Assembly: GCA_016214555.1 (NCBI GenBank)
Contig: JACROF010000003.1
Coordinates: forward strand, 64,930-128,929
DNA: 64,000 nucleotides
Direction of reading: 5' to 3'
Origin: Candidatus Levyibacteriota bacterium
GTDB lineage: Bacteria; Patescibacteriota; Microgenomatia; Levybacterales; UBA12049
Numbering within the stretch: the first letter of the stretch is position 1; the number at the start of each line of letters is the position of its first letter. A model generated the notes under the pieces. The model did no database searches, was not told the DNA's origin, and saw nothing but the letters and a program-made list of their open reading frames with translations. Below, piece by piece: positions 27,916 through 37,074 of this stretch. Made by a program: the position numbers and the translations under genes.

Positions 27916-28854
27916 TCACTTACCAAATCGTCTTTGCGCTCTTCTTAAAATTTCAGCAGCATGTATAATACTTTCAGGTCCCACTCTTTCTGAAGCCTCT
28001 TGGTAGTAAAGCTTATCCCCAACCCTCCTGAAGCTCCCCTTACCGCTACCACTACCCGCCTCCTCTGAGATTGCTGCTACAGCTTCATCCCTTGCTCCGC
28101 CTACCAAAATAGAGACATCTCCACTACCTTCCAGCATTTCAGTATCATTTCCGCTGTCACCTGCAACAACTGCAATATCAATATCTAAAGATGATTTAAG
28201 ATAATTTACTGCATCAGATTTTGTAACAGGAAGAACGTCAACGCAATACTTTTTTGCTTCCCCAGGCTGAATTTTGCTGTTATGTCCAATCTCTTCACAA
28301 ATTACCACTTTTTGACCTGAGAATTGATCCCTTATCGATGAGACTAGCCCATCATAGGCATCCTGACTTGAAAGGAAATAAAAACTAGTTTTATAAGGCT
28401 GTACCTGTCTACCTTGACCTAACAAAAGAGCCTCCTCCTGTTCAGGCTGTTGAAAAACAAAACCAGAAGCAGGACTCGTTACGCTCATTTCTTCTATTAA
28501 TGCTGCTCCTAAGGCTGCAATGGCTTTTCTATCATATCCATGTGAGGCTACTTCTTGAGCAAAAGCATTGTCTTGCAGATACCGTCTATCTGTACCATCG
28601 CCGTTAAGAACCCATATCTCAGTTCCTACACAAGACGCTATAGCGCTAAAATAAGGCAACTCTCCCGATGCAATTCGAGCCTGAACATCCGCAAGACCAT
28701 TACCTGTAACAGCAACAACCGGAAAATTACCCTCTAGGGCAGAATTCCACAATTTGCTTGATGCATCATTTTTACCGTCTGCTACAAAAGTATTATCGAT
28801 ATCTGTAAAAAGGGCTGTAAAAGCTCTTCCCTCCTCTAGTTGCTTCTTCTTCAT
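27916..28854 (-). CDS. HAD-IIB phosphatase resembling sucrose-phosphate phosphatase (SPP)
   Basis: HAD motif I FTDIDNTF (DxDxT) and motif IV VVAGDSGNDTEML (SPP-like GDSGND). The start is placed at the internal MKKKQLEEGRAF; the ORF track extends to 28938 and would overlap the next gene. Confidence 0.7.
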   Translation of the reverse strand: MKKKQLEEGRAFTALFTDIDNTFVADGKNDASSKLWNSALEGNFPVVAVTGNGLADVQARIASGELPYFSAIASCVGTEIWVLNGDGTDRRYLQDNAFAQEVASHGYDRKAIAALGAALIEEMSVTSPASGFVFQQPEQEEALLLGQGRQVQPYKTSFYFLSSQDAYDGLVSSIRDQFSGQKVVICEEIGHNSKIQPGEAKKYCVDVLPVTKSDAVNYLKSSLDIDIAVVAGDSGNDTEMLEGSGDVSILVGGARDEAVAAISEEAGSGSGKGSFRRVGDKLYYQEASERVGPESIIHAAEILRRAQRRFGK

Positions 28855-28924
28855 CCCTTCAATAACTGAGCCTTTATATACGGGATTTTCAACCTCTTTG
28901 TGAGCAGCAAGACCAATCTCAGAA

Positions 28925-29725
28925 TTACTTTCTGTCATACATGAAATATTCTTTGATGAATAATCCGATAAATGTTATAAGTGCGAGTTGCCTTCTCCAT
29001 CTCCAGGGCTGACGGATAAGACGAAAAAGCCATTCAAGACCTACTGAGCGGATAAAAAACGGCGCTCTGATAATATCTCCACTGATATAGTCAAACGCGC
29101 CCCCAACTCCCATTGCCAATCGAACAGGTAGCTTTTCAAGGTTTTTCATAATCCATTCCTCTTGCTTCGGAACACCAAAAGCTACAAAAAGCATATCTAT
29201 GTTAGAATTTCGTATTATGTGTTTAGTATTATGAATCCTTTCTTCTTTATACTTTATACTAGATACTTGATACTTAACCGCGCGAGCAAACCCCTCCTCG
29301 CTCCACTCCTGTGCAACGAAAACTATATTCAGTCCCGGATACTTTTCACGTAAGCACTTAGCTGCTCTTTCTGCTACTCCATCTCTTCCTCCTAGTAATC
29401 CTATGGACAAGCCATTTTTAATAGACTTTTCACACAAACTTTTCATAAAATCTACACCACTTATCCTCTCTTTGACCCCCACCCCCAGCAATCTACCTGC
29501 AATGAAGAGTCCGACACCATCACACAAGGCTATTTCTGCCCTATTAAGGGTTGTTTGGTATTGTCTGTTAGACGAAGCATACACTACCATTTCGGGGTTG
29601 GGGGTCACTATAAAGAGCTTTTCTTTGGAGTTTTTGAGTATGCTATCAATATACTCTAAGATTTCATTTGAAGATGAGGTTGTTATGTCGATACCAAGAA
29701 TATTCTTTTTCACAAGCTTTTTCAT
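28925..29725 (-). CDS. WecB/TagA/CpsF-family (GT26) glycosyltransferase
   Basis: LGIDITTSSSNEILEYI..., CDGVGLFIAGRLLG, FGVPKQEEWI, GVGGAFDYISGDIIRAPFFIRSVGLEWLFRLIRQPWRWRR are all characteristic GT26 motifs. Confidence 0.85.
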   Translation of the reverse strand: MKKLVKKNILGIDITTSSSNEILEYIDSILKNSKEKLFIVTPNPEMVVYASSNRQYQTTLNRAEIALCDGVGLFIAGRLLGVGVKERISGVDFMKSLCEKSIKNGLSIGLLGGRDGVAERAAKCLREKYPGLNIVFVAQEWSEEGFARAVKYQVSSIKYKEERIHNTKHIIRNSNIDMLFVAFGVPKQEEWIMKNLEKLPVRLAMGVGGAFDYISGDIIRAPFFIRSVGLEWLFRLIRQPWRWRRQLALITFIGLFIKEYFMYDRK

Positions 29726-29952
29726 AAGTCTTATTTAGAAAAAATAGAAATAGATAGACGTATCTTTATAATAATAAGTTGTTTAACTTTAGTACTCAAA
29801 ATATAAGTATAAATAAAAATACTTAATCGTGATATTTTATTTAATAAAAAGTATTATAGTATAAATATTTGCTACTATCGAATTTAGAGCACTTTTACTA
29901 CCGCCTATACTCTTCTTGTGAAAACTGCTCTAATAAGTATTTACTTATAAGA

Positions 29953-30987
29953 CTATCTCTTGGCAATACTTCTTTTGTATAGTTCTATATTCTCCATAGC
30001 AACCCCAGTCCCCTTAACAACACAAAGGAGCGCATCTTCTGCAACGTGACAAGGAACTCCAGTCATCTGTGTCATGAGCGAATTAAAGTTAGTCAAAAGT
30101 GACGTCCCGCCAGACATGACAATACCTTTATCAATAATATCGCTTGCTAACTCCGGAGGACATTGTTCCAAAACTTCCTTTGCACCTCCAATGATGTCCA
30201 GGAGAACGGGTTTAATTGCTTCATTGATCTGTATCTCATCCAACTCGACTGATCGTGGAAGTCCAGTAATATTATCCCGTCCTCTGATCTCCATCTTCTT
30301 TGTATCTGAGCCTTTTTTCTTTTCAGTGTCTACCATAGCATTACCAAGCTCAATTTTTATATGCTCTGCCGTTGTCTCCCCAACTAAAAGATTAAATTTC
30401 TTTCTAATATAAGCTGCTATTGCCTCGTCGATCTTATTGCCAGCAACGCGAATTGAGCTATGAACAACCACGCCACCAAGAGAAATAACTGCTGACTCGG
30501 TAGAACCGCCACCAATATTGACAATCATATGCCCCGCAGGCTGAGCAATAGGAATTTTTGCACCTATTGCTGCTGCCAATGGCTCATCAATAAGATAAGC
30601 TATTTTTGCTCCAGCAGACATCGCAGCATCCAGCACTGCTCTTCTCTCAACTTGAGTAACACCCGATGGTATACAGACCATCACCTCAGGTTTAAAAAAA
30701 CGAGACTGCCCACATGCTTTATCGATAAAATAAGAAAGCATCGCTTCTGTAATCGTATAGTCAGCAATTACACCGTCACGAAGAGGTCGAAGTGCCATGA
30801 CATTTCCAGGAGTTCGTCCAAGCATATCTTTTGCCTCTTTACCAACAGCAACAACACGATTTTCCTCAACAGTCACAGCAACAACGGTTGGTTCGTTAAG
30901 AACAATTCCCTCGCCGACTAGATAAACAAGCGTATTAGCCGTACCCAAGTCTATGCCGATTCTTTTTGATGTGGGAATAGTAAACAT
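29953..30987 (-). CDS. mreB: Rod-shape-determining protein MreB
   Basis: MFTIPTSKRIGIDLGTANTLVYLVGEGIVLNEPTVVAV... is an actin-like ATPase with the GIDLGT phosphate-1 motif. The start is set at the internal ATG 30987; the ORF track begins 13 codons upstream. Confidence 0.9.
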   Translation of the reverse strand: MFTIPTSKRIGIDLGTANTLVYLVGEGIVLNEPTVVAVTVEENRVVAVGKEAKDMLGRTPGNVMALRPLRDGVIADYTITEAMLSYFIDKACGQSRFFKPEVMVCIPSGVTQVERRAVLDAAMSAGAKIAYLIDEPLAAAIGAKIPIAQPAGHMIVNIGGGSTESAVISLGGVVVHSSIRVAGNKIDEAIAAYIRKKFNLLVGETTAEHIKIELGNAMVDTEKKKGSDTKKMEIRGRDNITGLPRSVELDEIQINEAIKPVLLDIIGGAKEVLEQCPPELASDIIDKGIVMSGGTSLLTNFNSLMTQMTGVPCHVAEDALLCVVKGTGVAMENIELYKRSIAKR

Positions 30988-31176
30988 AATACTAGTATTT
31001 AGTAGATGGTATCTCGTATTTAGCAAGCTTTTCTTAATACCATATACAAAATACTAAATACTAGACTTTAAAGCAAGAGGAACTCTATCATAATCTATAC
31101 TTACTAGATCATTATTCTCTTTAACAAGGGTTGCTTGCCTTGCAAGTCCTATTTTGACTGGAGTATAATAAAATCT

Positions 31177-32403
31177 ATGAGAAATCCTCGCGGAAATATT
31201 TTTATATCCCTTATTATTCTTATATTTTTACTCCTAGGCACAACTCTGGTGATCCTCTATGCAAGAGGTTATCGTTTTAATCTTTTACAGGGTAAGCCTA
31301 ACATATCCAAAACAGGCCTTCTGGTAACCACAAGCATCCCTGACGGCGCACAGGTAATCATCAATGGTAATCTCACTACAGCTACAGACAACACGCTTGA
31401 CCTTCTCCCTGGAGAATATGACGTAAAAATAGTTAAAGATGGCTATTTCCCTTGGGAAAAAAAGCTCAAAGTCCAAAAAGAGCTTGTTACCAAAGCAGAC
31501 GCACTTTTGTACCCAATTGCTCCCAAGCTTGAAAGCATCACTACAGCAGGCGTTAAAGAACCAGTCATTGACCCATCTCAAACAAAAATTGCCTTCAAGG
31601 TTGCTTCTCAGTCAGCCTTAAAAAACGGCATTTATGTTTATGACATGAATGCACGAGTCGTGCTCTCTCTCCAAACGGCAGCAAAGCAGATAGCCAATGA
31701 CACGGCTGCTCTTTTTTCGACTGCAAGCCTCGCATGGACTCCAGATGGCGAACAAATCATCGCTACAATAAAAAACGCTACAAACACTACTACCTACCTT
31801 CTCTCTGCAAATCAACTCAATACCCAACCTCGAAATATTACAGCAACACTCCCGGCATTCCAGGCACAATGGACTCAAGACAAAGAAGAAAAAGCAGCTG
31901 CTCAAGTTGTGGGTCTTAAATCATCCTTGAGGAAATTAATCAGAGAAAACTTCTCTATCGTCTCATGGTCTCCTGATGACACCAAAATACTTTATATAGC
32001 TTCACAATCTGCCTCACTCCCTCTTACTATCAAACCTCGCCTCTTGGGTATTGATACGGCAAGAGAGGTAAGAGATATCCAAAAAGGAGGCCTCTATGTA
32101 TACGATATCAAAGAAGATCGTAATACCAAAATAATGGATCAAATACCATCAGAATGTAGTGATAATTTTACCCTATGCAAGCTTCCTATCTCATGGTTTA
32201 CCGATAGCGAGCATCTTCTATCAGTAAAAAATAGACAGATTCATATGCTTGAATATGACGGAACAAATGACACTGTTATTTACGCCGGACCGTTTATTGA
32301 TAGTTATGTTTTTCCATGGCCAAATGGACAAAAAATCGTCATGCTCACAGACCTCAACAATACAACAATCCTCCCCAACCTCTACACAATCAGCCTCAAA
32401 TAA
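31177..32403 (+). CDS. Membrane-anchored PEGA-domain protein with a beta-propeller-like C-terminal region
   Basis: N-terminal TM IFISLIILIFLLLGTTLVILYA. PEGA motif SIPDGAQVIINGNLTTATDNTLDLLPGEYDVKIVKDGYFPWEKKL. The start is chosen at MRNPRGN. Confidence 0.5.
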   Translation: MRNPRGNIFISLIILIFLLLGTTLVILYARGYRFNLLQGKPNISKTGLLVTTSIPDGAQVIINGNLTTATDNTLDLLPGEYDVKIVKDGYFPWEKKLKVQKELVTKADALLYPIAPKLESITTAGVKEPVIDPSQTKIAFKVASQSALKNGIYVYDMNARVVLSLQTAAKQIANDTAALFSTASLAWTPDGEQIIATIKNATNTTTYLLSANQLNTQPRNITATLPAFQAQWTQDKEEKAAAQVVGLKSSLRKLIRENFSIVSWSPDDTKILYIASQSASLPLTIKPRLLGIDTAREVRDIQKGGLYVYDIKEDRNTKIMDQIPSECSDNFTLCKLPISWFTDSEHLLSVKNRQIHMLEYDGTNDTVIYAGPFIDSYVFPWPNGQKIVMLTDLNNTTILPNLYTISLK

Positions 32404-32489
32404 TATTCTATGCTATAATTACCCGGTAGCGTCAGCCTCAAAAGGCAACGCAATCGGCTCTTTCACATCCAAAAAGAAAGGAAACCCAA

Positions 32490-32732
32490 ATGAACGACAT
32501 TGGTTCAGCAGTTGTAGTCATCCTTGGCACTCTGGCAGGAGCGGGAATGGCACTGTCTGGATTTATTCCTGCCCTCTCATATTTATTGGCCAGATCCACA
32601 CCTCATTTCGATATAACACAAAAAAGAAATAGGCTCACCCTACAACTCAGACCTTATGCGTTTCGCATTTTCTTGGCATCAGTGGCCATCGGGATCGTCG
32701 GAGCTATAGTTGAGTTTTTGACAGGAGGCTGA
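32490..32732 (+). CDS. Small two-TM membrane protein (hypothetical)
   Basis: 80 aa. RBS AAAGGAAA upstream. The next small ORF starts at 32734. Confidence 0.4.
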   Translation: MNDIGSAVVVILGTLAGAGMALSGFIPALSYLLARSTPHFDITQKRNRLTLQLRPYAFRIFLASVAIGIVGAIVEFLTGG

Positions 32733-32733
32733 A

Positions 32734-32934
32734 ATGGACAGCAAATACGATCTCGATATTCTCTTGTCGCCGCAGTATTTCGACGATGAGGATGCCTATC
32801 TAGGAGATCCTCTCGCGTACATAATCCTGTACAGGATACTTCAGCTCACTAGGCTTGTCTGGTTCTGTCTTCTTTTGCCTATCAAACTTGTCAATGGTAT
32901 TTCTAACACCTATGACAAGATGGTCAAAAGATGA
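32734..32934 (+). CDS. Small hypothetical protein
   Basis: 66 aa. A strong RBS AGGAGG lies 6 nt upstream. The start is coupled to the preceding ORF. Confidence 0.35.
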   Translation: MDSKYDLDILLSPQYFDDEDAYLGDPLAYIILYRILQLTRLVWFCLLLPIKLVNGISNTYDKMVKR

Positions 32935-33352
32935 ACCACCCTGTTGAGCTCAATTTTGAGAGAGTTCTCCCGCTCTTTATCGTCCTTTTTGTACTTGAGA
33001 TCGAAAGCTTCACATGGGCATGTATGTCCATAAGCTCTTTGAGGAAATCTCGAGTGAGTTCTCATCCTAAAAAAAGTGAGAAACTCAGACTCGAGTCAGA
33101 GAAGTATGAATTTTTCAGCGCATGCTGTATCTTTGGTCAGTTCCTTTTTGTAGGATGGTATCGCACCTTTTGGAATTTTCTTACTGGCTTGCTTGTCACT
33201 TGATGAGCAAGCCTTTTTTATTCACCCAAATACAAATCTATATAATCTCTGTATAATTTTTGCATCAATAGACACACTTTGATACAATACACACCAAGAC
33301 GTCTTGCATGGGCAATTCGTCGCTCGTTGATAAAGAAGTGAAGGAGAAAGTG

Positions 33353-33850
33353 ATGGAATCTCTTGAAAAATTCTATCATACTCACGAAGTAACTCGTCAT
33401 GCTCAAATAGACAAATTATTTTGCTGGGTATTAAGCTTCGCGCTTGTACACTTTGGACTCTTTATGGCACTAGGTGCTCCTGAATACCTCGCAGTCTTTT
33501 CAGCTGGACTTATACCTTTCGCATGGACTATCTACTGGTTTGAGAAAAATAGACTAACTCCAGTAAACAAATCTATTCTCAAAGAATTTGAGAGCGTTGA
33601 AGAAATGAAACAAGACCCCTTATTCCGAACAATACCAACATTCAGCTGGCAAAGCATCGTCTTAGTATCGATTGCAGAAATCGTGTGCGGAGGGCTGATT
33701 GTCAGCCGCTTTCTGCCAAACGAAATTGTGTCACAAAGTGCTGGAGGAATCTTGCTTGGGGCAATTGTTGCAGCCATCCTCTGGCTTGGATCAAGCGTTC
33801 CTACCAAATCTCGAGATAGCTACGGCAGGGTAGTCTCTATCGCAGGCTAG
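33353..33850 (+). CDS. Hypothetical membrane protein (4 TM)
   Basis: Start chosen at MESLEKFYH, preceded by a strong RBS AAGGAGAAAG. The region has higher GC than the surrounding sequence. Confidence 0.45.
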   Translation: MESLEKFYHTHEVTRHAQIDKLFCWVLSFALVHFGLFMALGAPEYLAVFSAGLIPFAWTIYWFEKNRLTPVNKSILKEFESVEEMKQDPLFRTIPTFSWQSIVLVSIAEIVCGGLIVSRFLPNEIVSQSAGGILLGAIVAAILWLGSSVPTKSRDSYGRVVSIAG

Positions 33851-34002
33851 TTCTTCAATTTCTTTATCTGTTTTCATACCGCCTTAAAGGTTATTACCTA
33901 TAAGGCGGCTTTTTTTGATCTTATTACTTCAATTTTGATACAATACACCCATCATCCTGCAAAAGCAGGATAGCACCTTGTCAGCAGTAGAGGGAGAAAG
34001 CA

Positions 34003-34362
34003 ATGATTCGATATGTTGCGAAAGTTGATCCTGAAGCCTACATACTCATGCTGTTTGCATCTTTCTATGGATGGAGCAAAATAGCACCAGAGCTCGCCTT
34101 CGATGCGCTTAACATATTTTGTCTGATGTTCATCGTGTTGATTGCCATCGGGCTTGGACTGAGTGTACTTCGCATGATTCTTTTCATGCCCATTGAAGAA
34201 CCAGATGTCATCGTGATCGACGACCTTGCCATTATGGTTGGGATTCGAAACGCTCTTCTGACTTTTGTTCTCATGGTAGCAACGGCAATTGTTGCTACTC
34301 ACGAAAGCGAAACGATTCGTCTTCTCGATCGGATTTTTTGGACTCTGCTTAGGCAGAAATAA
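34003..34362 (+). CDS. Hypothetical membrane protein (3 TM)
   Basis: RBS AGAGGGAGAAAG upstream. It is preferred over the overlapping minus-strand ORF 33952..34380, which has a non-protein-like His/Asn-rich composition. Confidence 0.45.
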   Translation: MIRYVAKVDPEAYILMLFASFYGWSKIAPELAFDALNIFCLMFIVLIAIGLGLSVLRMILFMPIEEPDVIVIDDLAIMVGIRNALLTFVLMVATAIVATHESETIRLLDRIFWTLLRQK

Positions 34363-34378
34363 CAGGAAGGAAAGAGAC

Positions 34379-34522
34379 ATGTTCTCTCGAAAAGTCGTAG
34401 CCCTGGGAGTCGGAGCAATGGTGCTCCTGAGGGTCTTCCCATCGCTTCCTGAGGCAATCAGTAAACGTTTGCGTCGGATTGAACGACAAATCTCCTGGGC
34501 ATTTGACTCCGACCTCTACTAA
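34379..34522 (+). CDS. Small hypothetical protein (47 aa)
   Basis: RBS AGGAAGGAAAGAG upstream. It ends 13 nt before a strong terminator. Confidence 0.35.
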   Translation: MFSRKVVALGVGAMVLLRVFPSLPEAISKRLRRIERQISWAFDSDLY

Positions 34523-34534
34523 TACATCGACACG

Positions 34535-34563
34535 CCCCTCCCCCTACGGGGAGGGGATTTTTT
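34535..34563 (+). terminator. Rho-independent terminator
   Basis: CCCCTCCCCC-TAC-GGGGAGGGG followed by ATTTTTT: a 9-bp GC stem plus a T-run. Confidence 0.85.
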
Positions 34564-34652
34564 AACCTCAAATTAACCTCTATGCTATAATCCAAAGCAT
34601 CGAAGGATCATGCGATTCTTCTCTTGAACATTAACTACAAAAAGGAGACTGT

Positions 34653-34979
34653 ATGCCAGAAGGTCTAACGAGACTCAAAGCTCCTCGCGATCGAAATCTA
34701 GTAGTGCACAAGAATCTTCCTGAAGGGTTCATAGAACCATCTGGAACAGATGCACAAACCTATCGCGCGCTCGATGGCTATCGCTCAGCATTCAACGATG
34801 CTGAGGGGAAGCAAATGTATTTCTGCGATGACAAATGCAATGGATGGATTGAGGGATCGCCCAGTCGCATCCCTGAAAGCACCATGAGCCCACTTCATCC
34901 TTTGTCTGGCAGACAGGGAGAGTCTATCTGTTGCCGTCGATGCGGAGAGGAAATCGCCTTTGATGGATGGATTTCGTAG
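34653..34979 (+). CDS. Small zinc-ribbon protein (two Cys pairs)
   Basis: FCDDKCNGWIEG...CCRRCGEEI. RBS AAAGGAGA upstream. Confidence 0.5.
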   Translation: MPEGLTRLKAPRDRNLVVHKNLPEGFIEPSGTDAQTYRALDGYRSAFNDAEGKQMYFCDDKCNGWIEGSPSRIPESTMSPLHPLSGRQGESICCRRCGEEIAFDGWIS

Positions 34980-34999
34980 TCAATAGAGGAGGATTCCCC

Positions 35000-35266
35000 A
35001 TGGCTAAAAGAAAACATCAATTGCCTCCAGGCTATCGTCAAGTCGGGAATAACTCGGTCCTACCAGATCGAGGATCAGTCGAAACAGCTATCAAAACGGC
35101 CTACCTCTGTCCTGAGTGTGGATGGGTCGAAAAGCCACCAAAAGCTGCTCCTTTCAGATCTGGAAATCAAAGGTCTCAAGCGTTTGGGACTAGCTATGGC
35201 TGCGGAAATTGCGGCAAGGAAATTGGAACGCGTATTACTGGTGGGTCTTACTCACCAAAACAATAA
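35000..35266 (+). CDS. Small zinc-ribbon protein, paralogous to the preceding gene
   Basis: CPECGWVEK...CGNCGKEI, the same C-x2-3-C-x-GW-[IV]-E ... C-x2-C-G-x-E-I arrangement. RBS GAGGAGGA upstream of ATG 35000. Confidence 0.5.
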   Translation: MAKRKHQLPPGYRQVGNNSVLPDRGSVETAIKTAYLCPECGWVEKPPKAAPFRSGNQRSQAFGTSYGCGNCGKEIGTRITGGSYSPKQ

Positions 35267-35303
35267 CACCTCAACCGTGGCCTCATACAGAGGTCACGGT
35301 TTT

Positions 35304-36218
35304 TTATTGGGTCTCAGGCGTTGCAATAACAAATAACCTTTTCCATGTTGTGCCGGGCGGCCAGCAGGTCTGGAGGATAAGCTGCTCTTTCCCAGGAATC
35401 TGGCTATTTACTAACAAATCAACATCTTGGGGATCTTTGACAACGCTGTGGTCAACAACAAAATTGTATCTGGTATCTTCAAAATAAATGGAAATCTTGT
35501 CTCCTTTCTGAAGCTCTTTTAAGAGATAAAAGATTGCATTATACCTCCCCACATTCCAAAAATTATCTGTAGAGTGGGCAAAAAGATAGATATTCCCCTG
35601 CATCCCTGGGAACACACTCCCCTTGGCATGCGCAACACCATCTTGTAATTTTGGTAGAAAATCTTTTTCGCTTAAAGGATCGACGTTTGGCCATATCTTA
35701 GCAGCTGCGCCGATTTTAGGAATAATGATACTAAACCTGGGATCAGGCGGAACAAGCACCTGTTCTTTGGCGCCAGCAATGATATCACCAAACCCTGGCT
35801 GGATATTTTCTGCAGCAACTACTCCATTGCCAAAATTATCTTTTGAGATATTAAATTGCACGCCTCTTAGTTGCGCTATACGAAATTGCGCTTCGTACAA
35901 AATAGCAGGGCTAAAAGTTGCGATGACTCCATAAAGACTGATAAGCAGAAGAAAATTCCCAAGGCTTCGAATAGCCATATATCGCAATTTCTCATTACGT
36001 GTCATGACGTGCTTGTAAACAACTGACTTTGGTGGCTCTACAAAGACATGAGGAGGTTCTATCTGTGGAACAATAGTGTGGTGGTGAGGAGCCTCAACTT
36101 CTGGTAGATAAATACCCTCCCCACTCTTTTTTGAAGGGGCGACAAAAATATCACCATATTTGGCAAGGGATCTCTCTTTAGATTTTTTGGCAAACTCACT
36201 TCCTGAAGTATGCGACAT
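35304..36218 (-). CDS. Sortase-family transpeptidase
   Basis: N-terminal TM anchor (YMAIRSLGNFLLLISLYGVIATF). Catalytic His context NIYLFAHS. Active-site TLxTC-like motif LILQTCWPPGTTWKRLFV. Confidence 0.7.
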   Translation of the reverse strand: MSHTSGSEFAKKSKERSLAKYGDIFVAPSKKSGEGIYLPEVEAPHHHTIVPQIEPPHVFVEPPKSVVYKHVMTRNEKLRYMAIRSLGNFLLLISLYGVIATFSPAILYEAQFRIAQLRGVQFNISKDNFGNGVVAAENIQPGFGDIIAGAKEQVLVPPDPRFSIIIPKIGAAAKIWPNVDPLSEKDFLPKLQDGVAHAKGSVFPGMQGNIYLFAHSTDNFWNVGRYNAIFYLLKELQKGDKISIYFEDTRYNFVVDHSVVKDPQDVDLLVNSQIPGKEQLILQTCWPPGTTWKRLFVIATPETQ

Positions 36219-36326
36219 ACCAATATTGTAGAGGATTCTAGTAAAAATGTACTCAATAAAAAAGCGCCTTACCTTTCGGCTCGGCGCTGATTAGTGTATC
36301 GAAAAACTAACCTCTCGGCTTAACTT

Positions 36327-36755
36327 TTAAACTCGAGAACCGAGTTCGTCAGCAAGCCAATTGATAAGGTCGTAATTACTGAAAAAGATTAATGCGTTTG
36401 GGTAGCGTTTGAGCAAGCTCTCCAGCTCAGCCTTAATACTTTCCCAGCCTTTATTCCCTGCCTTAAAAGGCTCTAGATAAATGGCTGTTGAAGTCATATC
36501 CTGAGCGAAAGCACCAAAGGCACGAGCTATAAAGGACATTGCATCTGCAGTGGTCTCCCACTCGACGTTTGTCTCGATCATATAGACTTCAATGCCTTGA
36601 GCGTGATAATTCTGAAAAAGTCTTAAAAGGTCTACGCGTTTCATCAGGAGTTCATGGCGAATCTTGCTGCACAAGAACTTGCTTCCGAAAATACTAACGG
36701 AACGTTGGTTTCTTCGCGTAATCGACATGTCAACTCCCTTGATGTGCTTGGCCAA
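36327..36755 (-). CDS. Hypothetical protein
   Basis: 142-aa ORF adjacent to the 3' end of tRNA-Arg. There is only a faint, unconvincing resemblance to serine-recombinase catalytic cores. Confidence 0.35.
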   Translation of the reverse strand: MAKHIKGVDMSITRRNQRSVSIFGSKFLCSKIRHELLMKRVDLLRLFQNYHAQGIEVYMIETNVEWETTADAMSFIARAFGAFAQDMTSTAIYLEPFKAGNKGWESIKAELESLLKRYPNALIFFSNYDLINWLADELGSRV

Positions 36756-36875
36756 ATTGCCAGACTAGAAAAAATATTTCCACTCTGGCAAGGCCAAACA
36801 ATTCCAAACATTAATGTGCAATATGGCTAATTGTAGCAAAAAAACGGGGGAAAATCAAACTATAGGATCTACTTG

Positions 36876-36947
36876 TAGCCCCGAGGGGAATTGAACCTCT
36901 ATCTTGCCCTTAGGACGGGCCTGCTCTATCCGTTGAGCTACGGGGCC
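36876..36947 (-). tRNA. tRNA-Arg (anticodon CCU), 72 nt, no encoded CCA
   Basis: Reverse-strand sequence GGCCCCG TA GCTC AACGGATA GAGC A GGCCC GTCCTAA GGGCA AGAT AGAGG TTCAATT CCCCT CGGGGCT A. It folds as a cloverleaf with a 7-bp acceptor stem (terminal G-U), a 4-bp D stem, the anticodon loop GU-CCU-AA, a T loop TTCAATT, and one mismatch each in the anticodon and T stems. Confidence 0.7.
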
Positions 36948-37074
36948 ATATCAATATATATCAATACATAAAGAATGATAACAATGACTCTTAATCTATT
37001 TTAGCATAGCGTCGATACATCATGCTACGAAAAAGGCGGGTCCGAAGTTACATCGGACCCGCCAAAAAGAATCG

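Noticed and set aside
27916-28938. 14-nt same-strand overlap between the phosphatase ORF and the GT26 gene
   Set aside because: It is resolved by using the internal start MKKKQLEEGRAF (28854), which immediately precedes the HAD DxDxT motif and has an upstream GAAGGG RBS-like sequence. The longer N-terminal extension is unsupported.
33952-34380. 142-aa minus-strand ORF overlapping 34003..34362(+)
   Set aside because: The plus-strand ORF has a strong RBS and three clean TM helices and sits in a plus-strand operon. The minus-strand product is His/Asn/Lys-rich with no structure.
36327-36755. tRNA-adjacent 142-aa ORF as a small serine recombinase
   Set aside because: Only a vague resemblance (RSVS, hydrophobic helix patterns). 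The Y-x-R-V-S-T-x-x-Q catalytic motif is not present. Kept as hypothetical.
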